NCBI GenBank assembly: GCA_044345405.1
Contig: JBIJBE010000008.1
Location: 1 to 64,000, forward strand
Direction: 5' to 3'
Length of the DNA stretch: 64,000 nucleotides
Origin: Bdellovibrionota bacterium
GTDB taxonomy: Bacteria; Bdellovibrionota_C; UBA2361; OMII01
Part shown: positions 34,768 through 44,938 of the stretch, in pieces
Layout of the letters: every line of letters begins with the position of its first letter
Numbering within the stretch: the first letter of the stretch is position 1
Translations under genes and position numbers: made by a program
Notes under the pieces: generated by a model
Told to the model about the DNA's origin: nothing
What the model saw: the letters and a program-made list of their open reading frames with translations, nothing else
The model's database searches: none

Positions 34768-37536
34768 ATGAGCGAGCGAACAGAGCTATGGCGCCGAATA
34801 CATTCTAGGAACCGACGCCACCACCCCGTCCGTCATTTTTTGTCACTCTGCATAACGGCCTCTTTGGTGTCAGCCACACTACAACCGTTGCACGCCGCGG
34901 ACAAAGACAGCCAAGCGGTGCTTCTTGAGCCGGAGCTCTTGAGTGAAAGCGATTTCCAAAACGAACGCCACACCATCTCTCTTATCGACAAGACGGGATC
35001 AGAGGAAGCTTCGTTTATTGACCTCACCGATGACAAAGGACTGAGCTACTCAGCATTCAGCAACTTCGTAGAGGGGTTCTCTCCGCGGGTAGTCCTTTTC
35101 TTATCCTCATCTCAGGCTATCGTTCAAACCAACACGGTGAACGGGGATGCCAGCCGTCGCATGGCGCGATGGAGGGAATTTCGCTCCTTTGTGCAACAAC
35201 AAGCCGCTGCTGGGGTAAACTTTTTCGGAACTCCAAAGAGCCTGGATCCATGGCGGCAGGAGCTCGCTGAAACCAAGGAGAAGATCTATCTTTTTGATGG
35301 TACTCGATTGAGAGAGCTGTCACTCATTGACGCTGCTATCCTTATCTACCTGGAACAGATGAAGGTGAGCGCGCCACCGGCAAGTTATCCTGAGGTAGCG
35401 ATGGTGCCACTCTCCCCGGCTTGCGGTATCACCGCGGCTTCGGAGGGCGAGGCTCTAGCTGATGTGTGCAAGGACTCTGTCGGAAACGAGCCCTTCCGCG
35501 CGGAACTCCAGAAGGGAACTTTAGTGCTCACTCGCCTCGGGGGCAAGGCAGGGGAGGCCTTCGTAGAGATACACACAGCTCGACCGAAAGAACCACAGCA
35601 GGTCCAAGCGAAGAGTGCTGTGAGATCAAAATTCAAGGTGAGCGTTCCCGCCTTAAGTCCTTACATCAATCCCGGTCCAGAGGTTTGCGACTGCTCAGGA
35701 ACGGTCGCGATCAGCGAGCGATGTTTTGCGCAATGCAAAAATCAGTGCGACTACAACCTTCTCTCGTTTAGTAACAATAATTCCCGGTTGGTAGTGGGGG
35801 CGCTATCAAAAACCTCGTGCCTTACGGAAGTCTATAAGGCCTGTGGTGGTAACGGCTCCATGGGAGACCTGCATAACCTCGCCAGCTCTAATTTAGATGA
35901 TTGTTTCTTTTACGCGCTGGCGCACTGGGGAGCGGTTCAAGCTGAGGAGTCGATGTATCGGTGTTACCTGCGCAATGAACCGAAGCGATTCATCAACCAA
36001 GAGGATCTCCGCTCTATCACTAGTGGCAAGGCTTCGGTAGATCGCGTAGGAGTGTCATACCTTCAACGCGAGTTTCCGGGGGGGCTTCAAGGTAGTCGAC
36101 TCGGTGGTGCCAGTAACAAAAACCTGAAGCTTGACCCGAGGAAATGGCTGAAAGCGTGGTACTCCGGTGAGCGTCATTCTACAGTCATGAAAACACAGAT
36201 GGAGGGGGGGGGATTTCGGCCGATATTTTCCGCTAGCGAAAACCCTGTCGCGCAGTTTTTTAGCGCAAGTGTGAATAACGAGTGCCGAAAGGAATCATCT
36301 TCATACGATTCATCGCCTCCTCCGACTGCTACGCGGTTCCGGGGAGCCTTCATGCCTAATTTTACAACTCCTCGCCGCGTTGTCTTTAACTCCAAGTGTC
36401 AAGTAATCGCGAATGATGAGAATGTAGACACCTCTCGCGTTTGCAGCACGAGCACCTATCGCACGTTGCTCACAGAGAGCCCGATATCACTACTGTGGAA
36501 TGCTGAATCAGATCTCAACCGCGCAGTGACTTTGACCAGCTTTCCTCTGAATCCACGTATGCAGGGGAAAACCTATCACTGGAAGGCATCCGCTGAGACG
36601 CCCCTTTTGGTGTACGACCCTGAAGGAGCGGGTAAGATAACATCCGCGACGCAACTGTTCGGCAATTGGACCTTTGGCCACGCAGACAAGGTTCGACTCA
36701 AGAACGTAGGGATGGACCGATCCGACAAGCTCTCCAAGCCACTGTGGAAGAATGGCTATGAGGCGCTCGCGCTGCTGGACGACGATAATAACGGAGAGAT
36801 TACCGGCACAGAGCGGCAGGGCCTTGCTCTTTGGTTTGATAGCAATCAAAACGGAATAAGTGAGGATGGCGAAGTTCGCAATCTGATTGCTAGTGGAGTT
36901 GAGCGAATATCAGTAAAACAGAGTGGGAAGGATGCCGAGGGAGATATCTACTCAACCGCTGGTTTCAGCCGTCGGTTACCGAATGGCGAACTTCTCACCA
37001 ACCGCACGGTTGACTGGTTTAGCTCCTCGTTCGACTCGAAGCACGATGCGATTAACTCGCTCAGTCCTGCACCGGAGAAAAATAATGCGCTCCTTCAACC
37101 CCAACAATCGGAGATAGTCGGGGCAAGTGCATCTGTCGCTAGCTCACGATTCAACGGAACGTGGCGTTATACCCTCGAGGAGAAGGGGGCGGAGGGTTCA
37201 TCCAAGGCTAGTACGCTTGGCTACAACTCCGGGCTCCTGCGATTGCAAGTGGAGGAATCAGGTGAGGTAAGCGGATTCACCCTGTCTGAGTCTCCGGTAA
37301 GCTCTACAAAAGAGCCGGCATCTAGTATCGCATTCTTTCAGCCGCTTAAAGGACGTCTCGTTGACGCCACCACCGTGGAGTTCTCGCTTCCAAGGATCGA
37401 TGGGGCAGGGAACTTGGTAAGCCGGGTCAGCCTGCGCGATAACGGCGAGATTGTGGGCAAGACCTCCGTCCAGGCCTCTCGCGCTACTGGAGAGGCTAAA
37501 ACCGTCTCGTACACGTGGCAGGGCGCACATTTCTAG
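34768..37536 (+). CDS. large secreted protein with a Cys-rich region and an EF-hand-like calcium-binding domain
   Basis: Signal-like LSLCITASLVSATLQPLHA; PLLVYD...ITSATQLFG, NGYEALALLDDDNNGEITG, LWFDSNQNGISEDGEV as in RTX-associated Ca-binding proteins. Confidence 0.75.
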   Translation: MSERTELWRRIHSRNRRHHPVRHFLSLCITASLVSATLQPLHAADKDSQAVLLEPELLSESDFQNERHTISLIDKTGSEEASFIDLTDDKGLSYSAFSNFVEGFSPRVVLFLSSSQAIVQTNTVNGDASRRMARWREFRSFVQQQAAAGVNFFGTPKSLDPWRQELAETKEKIYLFDGTRLRELSLIDAAILIYLEQMKVSAPPASYPEVAMVPLSPACGITAASEGEALADVCKDSVGNEPFRAELQKGTLVLTRLGGKAGEAFVEIHTARPKEPQQVQAKSAVRSKFKVSVPALSPYINPGPEVCDCSGTVAISERCFAQCKNQCDYNLLSFSNNNSRLVVGALSKTSCLTEVYKACGGNGSMGDLHNLASSNLDDCFFYALAHWGAVQAEESMYRCYLRNEPKRFINQEDLRSITSGKASVDRVGVSYLQREFPGGLQGSRLGGASNKNLKLDPRKWLKAWYSGERHSTVMKTQMEGGGFRPIFSASENPVAQFFSASVNNECRKESSSYDSSPPPTATRFRGAFMPNFTTPRRVVFNSKCQVIANDENVDTSRVCSTSTYRTLLTESPISLLWNAESDLNRAVTLTSFPLNPRMQGKTYHWKASAETPLLVYDPEGAGKITSATQLFGNWTFGHADKVRLKNVGMDRSDKLSKPLWKNGYEALALLDDDNNGEITGTERQGLALWFDSNQNGISEDGEVRNLIASGVERISVKQSGKDAEGDIYSTAGFSRRLPNGELLTNRTVDWFSSSFDSKHDAINSLSPAPEKNNALLQPQQSEIVGASASVASSRFNGTWRYTLEEKGAEGSSKASTLGYNSGLLRLQVEESGEVSGFTLSESPVSSTKEPASSIAFFQPLKGRLVDATTVEFSLPRIDGAGNLVSRVSLRDNGEIVGKTSVQASRATGEAKTVSYTWQGAHF

Positions 37537-37717
37537 GGGCCATCGAAGTTATCGATTGGGGAAGACGGGGGAGAGTTGCTTGGGACCAAGGAGCAGCCAC
37601 TTGTGAGTAAAGCGCCACTCGCACGTAGGCCCCACACTGCTTCTGAGACTCTAGCGACTTCTCACTTTTGTATGAGGTCTATAGTTCCAGTTCTCAGGTT
37701 GAAGTTTGAGGCGTTCC

Positions 37718-37792
37718 GGCCTGCGCTCTCGCGAGCTATGGCCGGCAAGCCGCTTGCCTGTCCACCGTAGCTCGTAAGAGCGAAGGGTGAAG
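37718..37792. repeat. inverted doublet of a palindromic REP-like element
   Basis: CCTGCGCTCTCGCGAGCTATGGCCGGCAAGC faces the reverse-complement unit CCTTCGCTCTTACGAGCTACGGTGGACAGGCAAGC. Confidence 0.6.
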
Positions 37793-37919
37793 TCCTCTGG
37801 CTTTCGTTTCTCAAGTCCCCGTTAGTAGACGTCTCTTCCCTGAAATTCACCGATGGCCCCGAGGCTTGTCGTCTCTCATTTGAGCAAGTACTCGGCGCTA
37901 TTATTTTACGGTCCTCAAT

Positions 37920-38066
37920 GTCGACCGTAAAACAGCAAGCAACGCTATACCTATTAAGTCGGCTCTATTGGTTATACTGGTGGAACTAGTGGGTATTTAG
38001 CCGCGTCAAAAAATGAGCTCTAAGCTTAGTAGGGCTCGTGCATCTCCGACACAAGTAGTTTCCTCG
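37920..38066 (+). repeat. 148-bp repeat copy 2 containing a sigma-E-type promoter
   Basis: Matches 13388-13535; GGAACTA(37982)-N16-GTCAAA(38005). Confidence 0.85.
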
Positions 38067-38326
38067 TTTGTCGGTAGCTGGACTTATAGTCATCTCGCTG
38101 ATTTTGACGTTTTGTCCAGGGTCGAAAATACGTTCGCTTTGACCTCGACTCGGACCCGCAGAGATAGCAACGGCGCGCTCCCGCATTTATCCCAGCGGTC
38201 GAATTCGGTGCCGCAGATGGTATGCTAGAGATAATACTCTTCACGTTACGCATCATCACGTGGGTGCGTAGTCGCCACATTATTCTTTGCCACATCTCCT
38301 ATTCATAGCTACCCTCTGTTTAGCAT

Positions 38327-39586
38327 ATGGACGCCACCTTCACCCGCCCCAAACTCCGCTGGCCCCTCGACATCCGGATTCATAATCTTGGTGGACAGGA
38401 CGCGCTCGTTATTCAGTGTCCGATCGGGATCTCCGCCGCGCCGCTCGCGCTCATGCCTCAGTTCGCTCCCGTTATCGTGCAGCTCGATGGTGTTCAGACG
38501 AGTGATGAGCTCGTCAGCAAGTTCTCGGCGCAGGGGCTTACGCCAGAGATTCTCCGAGAGCTTATTACGCGACTCGATGATCACCTCTTCATGGCGAACG
38601 CTCGGTACTTCGCAGCAGAGAAGCTCGCGAAGGACGCGTTTACCACCGCTCCTGTTCGCGCTCCAGCGCTTGCGGGTGGCGCGTATCCCGCAAGTAAAGA
38701 GGATCTTGCCGGAATGGTGCAAGGATACCTTCAAGAGTTTGACCCCACGGAAACAAGTCGGGAGGTTGGGTGTCTCATCGCTCCACATATCGATTATCGT
38801 CGGGGTGGCGCGTGTTACGGCGCAATCTATCCGCGACTCAAAGAATCGCGCGCAGATACCTACATTTTAATCGGCACTGCCCACCAGTACAGCAAGCGGA
38901 TCTTTCACCTCTGCGCGAAGGATTTTCAATCCCCACTTGGAATACATCCATGTGATCAAATGTTCGTAACCGAGCTGGCGAATCGCTTCGGCGTTGAGCG
39001 AGCGTTCGCCGATCAGTACCTTCACCGTCGGGAGCACTCACTGGAATTGCAGCTACCCTTTCTCTCCGCGGTACATCCTGACGCCACGGTTGTTCCGATC
39101 CTTGTTGGAAGTTACCACCAGATGCTTGAGGCGATGCGGTATCCTCAGGAGTGGGAGGAGTACGAGACCTTCGCGGGCGCGCTCACAGAGATTATGAAGG
39201 AGCGAACCAAGCGGGGTGAGAAGGTCGCGTTCCTTGCCGGTGTCGATATGGCGCACATCGGGCGCTCCTTCGGTGATGAAGGCACGCTTTCGCCAGAGCG
39301 TATGCGAGAGATAGGATACCGCGATCAACAGTATCTTCGCGCGATCGAGGAGTGTAATCATAAGGCGCTGTTTGACCACATCGCCGAAGACCAAGACGCT
39401 CGTCGCGTGTGCGGCTTTCCAACGATGTACCTCGTGCTCGATGTGTTGAATCGCTTGGGCACGACAACGGAAGTTGATGTTGTCGCCTACGATCAGGCGG
39501 TGGACTACCCCAGTGATTGCGCGGTTACCTTCGCCGGAGTAGCCATGTATCGGAAAAACACCCCTGAAAATGCGATTATTACGTAG
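38327..39586 (+). CDS. AmmeMemoRadiSam system protein B (MEMO1 family) with N-terminal extension
   Basis: R.PALAGGAYP, IAPHIDY, EHSLELQLPFL, VDMAH, VCG. Confidence 0.9.
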   Translation: MDATFTRPKLRWPLDIRIHNLGGQDALVIQCPIGISAAPLALMPQFAPVIVQLDGVQTSDELVSKFSAQGLTPEILRELITRLDDHLFMANARYFAAEKLAKDAFTTAPVRAPALAGGAYPASKEDLAGMVQGYLQEFDPTETSREVGCLIAPHIDYRRGGACYGAIYPRLKESRADTYILIGTAHQYSKRIFHLCAKDFQSPLGIHPCDQMFVTELANRFGVERAFADQYLHRREHSLELQLPFLSAVHPDATVVPILVGSYHQMLEAMRYPQEWEEYETFAGALTEIMKERTKRGEKVAFLAGVDMAHIGRSFGDEGTLSPERMREIGYRDQQYLRAIEECNHKALFDHIAEDQDARRVCGFPTMYLVLDVLNRLGTTTEVDVVAYDQAVDYPSDCAVTFAGVAMYRKNTPENAIIT

Positions 39587-39754
39587 TGGTATAGGGGGTT
39601 TACGCATCCCGCGATGACGAAAAAAGGCGTGCGTAACGCCCTGATGTGATTTGGGTTTTTAACTTATTTGCCGCTGTTTCTGAATTGCCTGAAGCATCGT
39701 TTCCCCCGTAGCTGATATGGGGGTACACGTTGTGCTTCTTTGTGAGGTAGTAAG

Positions 39755-40078
39755 ATGGAAAATCAAGACAAAGCTCCAAATCTGTTTGAGAAGTTCGGTT
39801 GCGAAGTAAAGTTCGGCGATGTTGAGGTTGGAAACACCTATCCGCTGTACGGAATGATCACAAAGATCCTTGATGATTCTCCAGGAAACGTGGTGGTTGA
39901 GATTAACTTCTCAATCAAGGCAAATATGTCCATCCCAGAGACTGAGAAGATTGAGCTCTTGAAGGAGCGCGCCTTTGAGCCAGGCATCTTCGTTTCGACC
40001 GTAACGAGCAAGGACCCTAAGATTGAGGTGGATTGCAGCACCGTAGTGTTCGGTAAGCGACAAGGATTTAGCGCTTAA
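39755..40078 (+). CDS. hypothetical protein
   Basis: GAGG SD, host-like codon use, own terminator. Confidence 0.75.
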   Translation: MENQDKAPNLFEKFGCEVKFGDVEVGNTYPLYGMITKILDDSPGNVVVEINFSIKANMSIPETEKIELLKERAFEPGIFVSTVTSKDPKIEVDCSTVVFGKRQGFSA

Positions 40079-40104
40079 GGGATCAACTCACGAGCACAAC
40101 TAAC

Positions 40105-40140
40105 AAGGCCCCAGCTACTCGGCGTAGCGGGGCCTTTTTT
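40105..40140 (+). terminator. intrinsic terminator
   Basis: AAGGCCCC-loop-GGGGCCTTTTTT. Confidence 0.8.
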
Positions 40141-40241
40141 CATGCCCTTGGATGCCGCTCTGAGATTGACCCTAAGCCGCCCGGACGGCTATCCTTCTCC
40201 CGTTTGTCGGAAGGTCCCTCACGGGGACGAAAGGGCTCGGT

Positions 40242-40937
40242 ATGTCGGAACAACAACAGTCTCCAGGGGTAGTAGCGGAGTTTTTCGCGTTCTTAAAGAC
40301 GCTTGTTGTTATTCTCGGGCTCGCCCTCCTCATCCGTGTATACATCGTTGAGCCATTTAAGATCCCGTCGGGCTCGATGAAGCAGACCTTACAGATCGGG
40401 GACTACATCCTCGTTGTGAAGAGTTGGTATACCCTTCGTCGACCAACGTTCCACATGCCAGATATCCGAATGGAATCTGTTTTCGGCATACCGATGCCGA
40501 TTGTGCACGATGTAGGAATATCTCTTAAGCCGTTCATCACCTGGCAACATCCCAAGCGCGGAGATGTCGTCGTATTTACGCGGCCCGATGATCCCGCGAC
40601 ACCGAACGAAGATGATTCGGCCATACATATCATTAAACGTGTAGTCGGACTTCCCGGTGAAACCTTGGAGGTGCGTGGCGCGCAGGTCTTCATTAACGGA
40701 CAGCCACTCACCGAGCCGTACGCCCGATGGGTGCATGGTGGAGGCCCTGAGGGAAGTTTCGGTCCTCAGACGGTACCACCTGGGCACGTACTTCTTTTGG
40801 GAGACAATCGCGATGAGTCCAAGGACTCTCGATTCTGGACCGTTCCTTTCCTCGATGAGACTCGCATCAAGGGCAAGGCTGTTATTGTGTTCTGGTCGTG
40901 GGATAGTCTCACGCGGATAGGCAACCTTATTCGATAA
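40242..40937 (+). CDS. lepB: signal peptidase I
   Basis: PFKIPSGSM, IIKRVVGLPGE, LGDNRDESKDSRFW. Confidence 0.95.
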   Translation: MSEQQQSPGVVAEFFAFLKTLVVILGLALLIRVYIVEPFKIPSGSMKQTLQIGDYILVVKSWYTLRRPTFHMPDIRMESVFGIPMPIVHDVGISLKPFITWQHPKRGDVVVFTRPDDPATPNEDDSAIHIIKRVVGLPGETLEVRGAQVFINGQPLTEPYARWVHGGGPEGSFGPQTVPPGHVLLLGDNRDESKDSRFWTVPFLDETRIKGKAVIVFWSWDSLTRIGNLIR

Positions 40938-40939
40938 GT

Positions 40940-41815
40940 GTGATGTGGTACCTGCAACCTTCATCGGTAGTTTTTAAGGTCACGGGAAAAGACGCCCGTC
41001 GATACCTCAACAATAGGCTCTCTCAAGATCTTCGTACCGTATCCGCCGGCGCGTCTCTTGTCGCGGGGGCATTGAGCCCTCAGGGGCGTGTCGAGGGGCT
41101 CTACACGGTCTATGTTCAAGGTGATGACCTCTTTTACCTTGTGAGTGATGGTGGAGAACGGCAGCCGTTGTTTGCGGCGCTTGGTCGGTACATCGTTGCG
41201 GACCGTGTTTCTATTGTTGATTGTTCCTCAGACGCGATTGTCGGTCACGTGAGCGGATCAGTTTTGCCAGACTTTCAAGATGACGTCACATGCCTTACGC
41301 ATCATCAACGACGGATCGGTGAAGAGGGCGAGGATTTCGTGACTCTCAGTGGCAACCTCTCTGATATTCGTGCGACGTTGATGGCGCGTCTTGGATCTCC
41401 TATTTCGAAGGCCGACTACGATTTAAAGCGGTTCGCCGCGGGATTCCCGGAATATCCAACTGAGATCAACGATTCGCTCATTCTAACCGAAGGTGGTCTG
41501 CGAGAAGCCGTATCGTTTCAAAAGGGATGCTACGTGGGGCAGGAGGTCATCGAGCGAAGCGATGCCCTGGGTAAATTGCCGCGGCATCTTGAGCGAGTTG
41601 TATTTGAAGGTCACGAAGCGCTGCCCGCTCAAGCAAGCGTGCTGGGTAAAGAGTCAAAGCCGATCGGTAAGATCGTCTCGACGATCGTTGATACCGTGAA
41701 TAATAAACTCTGCGCGTTCGTGCTCCTTAAAAACGGCGCATACGCGGCACATGAACAGGTTCAATGTGAGGGTAGGGTAGGGACGATTCTTTCATCGGAG
41801 GATATAAAGATATGA
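40940..41815 (+). CDS. ygfZ: folate-binding Fe-S repair protein YgfZ
   Basis: VTGKDARRYL, VSFQKGCYVGQEV. Confidence 0.88.
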   Translation: MMWYLQPSSVVFKVTGKDARRYLNNRLSQDLRTVSAGASLVAGALSPQGRVEGLYTVYVQGDDLFYLVSDGGERQPLFAALGRYIVADRVSIVDCSSDAIVGHVSGSVLPDFQDDVTCLTHHQRRIGEEGEDFVTLSGNLSDIRATLMARLGSPISKADYDLKRFAAGFPEYPTEINDSLILTEGGLREAVSFQKGCYVGQEVIERSDALGKLPRHLERVVFEGHEALPAQASVLGKESKPIGKIVSTIVDTVNNKLCAFVLLKNGAYAAHEQVQCEGRVGTILSSEDIKI

Positions 41816-42504
41816 CAACCACACAGCTAGATCGCGCAGCCGTCGTAGATTTCTTGATCCAGAGCAAGGTGCTCAAGTTCGGTGAATTCACCCTCAAATC
41901 TGGTCGAAAGGCGCCCTACTTCATTAACGCTGGTGGTTTTGACGACGGCGAGAAGATTACGAAGCTCTCGTCATTCTACGCGCAGAAGATCGTTGAGCTC
42001 GGGCTCGATAATGTGGATGTAATCTTTGGCCCAGCCTATAAGGGGATTCCCCTCTGCGTTTCAACGGCGATGAGCTTGCAGCAGAACTTTAAGAAAAACA
42101 TCGGTTTTTGCTTCAACCGCAAAGAGGCGAAGACGCACGGCGATGGTGGAGAGTATGTTGGAAAGGCTCTCACCAAGGGGGCGCGAGTGGTTCTCGTTGA
42201 GGATGTTGTCACCGCGGGCTCTACCTTAAATGAGGTTGTTCCTGTTCTGCGAGAGAAGGTTGGTGTTGAGGTTGCAGGTGTCATTATCCTCGTTGACCGA
42301 GCGGAGAAGGGCTCGGGAACGTGCTCCGCTGTAGAGGAGGCCGAGGCGAAGCACTCGATCAAGATTCACCCTCTCGTCTCAATTCATGATATCATCTCGT
42401 ATCTCTCTGGCGCGAACTCATCCGGTTTCCGAATCGATGATGAGCTCAAGGCGCGGATTGAAACCTATCGAGCGGAGTTTGGTGCACCATGCGCAGCAGC
42501 GTAA
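41812..42504 (+). CDS. pyrE: orotate phosphoribosyltransferase
   Basis: FGEFTLKSGR.APYF, FGPAYKGIPL, RKEAK.HGDGG, VEDVVTAG. Confidence 0.96.
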   Translation: MTTTQLDRAAVVDFLIQSKVLKFGEFTLKSGRKAPYFINAGGFDDGEKITKLSSFYAQKIVELGLDNVDVIFGPAYKGIPLCVSTAMSLQQNFKKNIGFCFNRKEAKTHGDGGEYVGKALTKGARVVLVEDVVTAGSTLNEVVPVLREKVGVEVAGVIILVDRAEKGSGTCSAVEEAEAKHSIKIHPLVSIHDIISYLSGANSSGFRIDDELKARIETYRAEFGAPCAAA

Positions 42505-42974
42505 CTAAGATACTCATCGCGTTTTGTCTCGGCCTCTCGGTGAGCGCCGCGTGCGCGGCTAGTCCTGATAGTCTGAAGGGGGAAGCGCTCGATCGGGAAG
42601 CTACTAACCTCTATCAGCAGGTGTTTAGTCCGTTTTGTCCCGGCCGCTCACTGAACGACTGTCCAAGTTCAAAAGCAGCTGAATTGAAGGATCAGATGCG
42701 CGCGGAGCTTGAGGCGGGTAAGGCTCCTGAGGTTATTCTCAATGAGGTCATTCAGAAGTTTGGTGAAGAGTACCGCGCCGTGCCGCGATTTACCGGCGTC
42801 GGAATGTTCGTGTGGCTCGTGCCGATGGGGTTCGTAGCCCTTGGGCTCCTGCTCGCCGTGGGTATCTCAATCCGACGAAAGCGAGGCGGGGTGTCTGAGT
42901 CTACTTCAAACGCCCCCACGCTCTCCGCGGACGATGAGCGGCGCATCCAGGACGAACTCTCTCGTCTTGAGTAG
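42489..42974 (+). CDS. ccmH: cytochrome c biogenesis CcmH/CycL-like protein
   Basis: SPFCPGRSLNDCPS..A..LK, WLVP transmembrane segment. Confidence 0.75.
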   Translation: MRSSVTKILIAFCLGLSVSAACAASPDSLKGEALDREATNLYQQVFSPFCPGRSLNDCPSSKAAELKDQMRAELEAGKAPEVILNEVIQKFGEEYRAVPRFTGVGMFVWLVPMGFVALGLLLAVGISIRRKRGGVSESTSNAPTLSADDERRIQDELSRLE

Positions 42975-43158
42975 CTAAACGCCTAGCGCTTGAAATCATT
43001 GCGCGTCCGTAGGTGTTGGAATCAGTCTGGAGAAGGGTGGTTCTGTAGGGAGACGGGATCGGCCTCGGGATTTGCTTAGACTCGGTTCATGCCTCACGAT
43101 AAGAAGAGGACGTTCGCCCGAGCTTGGTAAAGGGCGGCTTTCCACGGAAGGATGTTTC

Positions 43159-43854
43159 ATGAAGCTGAGTGGTCACCAATCTCAGGCGTTTTTTGACCTC
43201 GCGCATGGCGTGCGGCGAGAGGCGCGGCGACAAGAGTTGCAAGCGCTTCTCGTGCGGCCTTTCCGGAAGATGGTTCGCGTTGGGATTCGTCTCGTCGTTG
43301 TCGCCGCTGTATTGGTCGGTTTCTCAAAAGCCTCGCTCGTGGAGGCTTTTTTTGTGCCGTCATCTTCGATGAATCCCACCCTGCGGGTGAGTGACTACAT
43401 CTTAGTTCCAAAATTCCTATACGGACTTCGAATTCCCCTGGTTGATGACGTCGTCGTCTCGTGGGCAAAGCCAGCCCGTGGGGACGTGGTCGTATTTCAT
43501 CAGCCCCGTGTTATCGGATCGGATGGGGCGACTGAAAACGAGGCGTTCGTGAAGAGGGTTATCGCCTTGGAGGGTGACGAGGTCGAGATCCGAGGGGCGC
43601 AAGTGTTCTTAAACGGCGCTCTTCTTGATGAGCCCTACGCACGGTGGGTCGATTCCACTAGCCAGCCTGACTACCACTTCGGTCCGGTGAAGGTGCCCCC
43701 TGGAAGCCTCTTTGTCTTGGGAGATAACCGCACAAATTCCCAGGATTCTCGCGATTGGCCCGAGCATTTCGTGGCTATCTCCCACGTTGTCGGCAAGGCC
43801 GTCATGGTGTACTGGTCCTCCGCCGAGGATAGTCGAGTCAGAACAGTTCTTTAG
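43159..43854 (+). CDS. lepB: signal peptidase I, second paralog
   Basis: AFFVPSSSMNPTL, FVKRVIA, LGDNRTNSQDSR. Confidence 0.9.
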   Translation: MKLSGHQSQAFFDLAHGVRREARRQELQALLVRPFRKMVRVGIRLVVVAAVLVGFSKASLVEAFFVPSSSMNPTLRVSDYILVPKFLYGLRIPLVDDVVVSWAKPARGDVVVFHQPRVIGSDGATENEAFVKRVIALEGDEVEIRGAQVFLNGALLDEPYARWVDSTSQPDYHFGPVKVPPGSLFVLGDNRTNSQDSRDWPEHFVAISHVVGKAVMVYWSSAEDSRVRTVL

Positions 43855-43919
43855 GTGAACTTTCTTTTACTCGCCGAAAGTTGACACGAGCCCCCTCTCT
43901 GCCTAAGATCGGATCTTCT

Positions 43920-44801
43920 ATGCCACGTCTATTGCAAGCAAAAAACGAGAAGGTCTCGGCCTACGTCTGTCTGACGAAGCCGCGTATCTTGACCATGGTT
44001 CTCGTGATGAGCGCTGCCGGTTTCTTCCTCGGCGCCAAGAGCTTACAGCCGCTTGATACCTTTATTATTATGCTTCTTGGGACAGCGCTTAGTTCGGGCG
44101 GTGCCGCTGTTCTCAATCACTACATCGAGCGTGACGCGGATCTCATGATGCACCGCACCAAGACCCGACCAATTCCGCAAGGAATCATTACGCCGGGAGA
44201 GGCCCTCGAGTTTGGCATCACCCTGGTTTTGATGGGCGTGGGACTTCTTGCGTGGCAGGTTAATCTCCTTACCGGATTCCTCTCTCTCCTTACCGTGTTC
44301 CTCTACGTTTTGGTGTACACACCTCTCAAGCGTGTTACCTGGTGGAATACCGTTGTGGGCGCTATCCCGGGCGCGCTTCCACCGATGGGTGGATGGACGG
44401 CGGCGACAGGGCAGCTCGATGCCGGCGCTTGGATCCTCTTCCTTATCCTCTTTGTGTGGCAGCACCCGCACTTCTACGCGATCGCGTGGATGTACAAGGA
44501 TGATTACCGACGTGGTGGCTTTAAGATGTTGCCCGTTGTTGAGCCGGATGGACTGAGCACCTTCCGACAGGTAATCGCCTTCTCGGTGGTGCTTATTCCT
44601 GTTTCCCTTCTTCCGGTTTTCTACGGCATGGCGGGACAGTTCTACGGTTGGGGAATCTTTATCCTCGGAATGGGGATGCTCTCTATCGGCGTGAACCTCT
44701 ATCGTTCGCACTCCGTTCAGGACGCTAAAAAGCTCCTGCGGGCGTCAGTTATTTATCTGCCGCTCTTCTTCGCGTTGATCCTTGGGGACCGGTCGTTTTA
44801 A
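43920..44801 (+). CDS. cyoE: heme o synthase (protoheme IX farnesyltransferase)
   Basis: LTKPRI, ERDADLMMHRTKTRPIP, YTPLKR, WQHPHFYAIAW.Y.DDY. Confidence 0.95.
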   Translation: MPRLLQAKNEKVSAYVCLTKPRILTMVLVMSAAGFFLGAKSLQPLDTFIIMLLGTALSSGGAAVLNHYIERDADLMMHRTKTRPIPQGIITPGEALEFGITLVLMGVGLLAWQVNLLTGFLSLLTVFLYVLVYTPLKRVTWWNTVVGAIPGALPPMGGWTAATGQLDAGAWILFLILFVWQHPHFYAIAWMYKDDYRRGGFKMLPVVEPDGLSTFRQVIAFSVVLIPVSLLPVFYGMAGQFYGWGIFILGMGMLSIGVNLYRSHSVQDAKKLLRASVIYLPLFFALILGDRSF

Positions 44802-44820
44802 TTTTCAAACGAGCATCCTG

Positions 44821-44912
44821 GGAGGGCGACCATTCCTGGTCGCCGTTTATCGCGCCTAAACACAAATCAAATGGGAGGCAAGCATTTCGGCGACCAGGAA
44901 TGGTCGCCCTCC
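44821..44912. repeat. REPIN-like inverted doublet of the REP GGAGGGCGACCATTCCTGGTCGCCG
   Basis: Perfect 25-bp inverted pair between convergent genes; identical REP pair at 58134-58223. Confidence 0.85.
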
Positions 44913-44938
44913 CGTGTGCCGGGCTGTTAATGCCAATC

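Noticed and set aside
38327-39586. Complete AmmeMemoRadiSam system or RiPP locus
   Set aside because: Only the MEMO1 component is present; no AMMECR1 protein, radical SAM enzyme or precursor peptide nearby.
40242-43854. Two lepB paralogs as a novel system
   Set aside because: Both keep the Ser/Lys dyad, and multiple signal peptidases are common.
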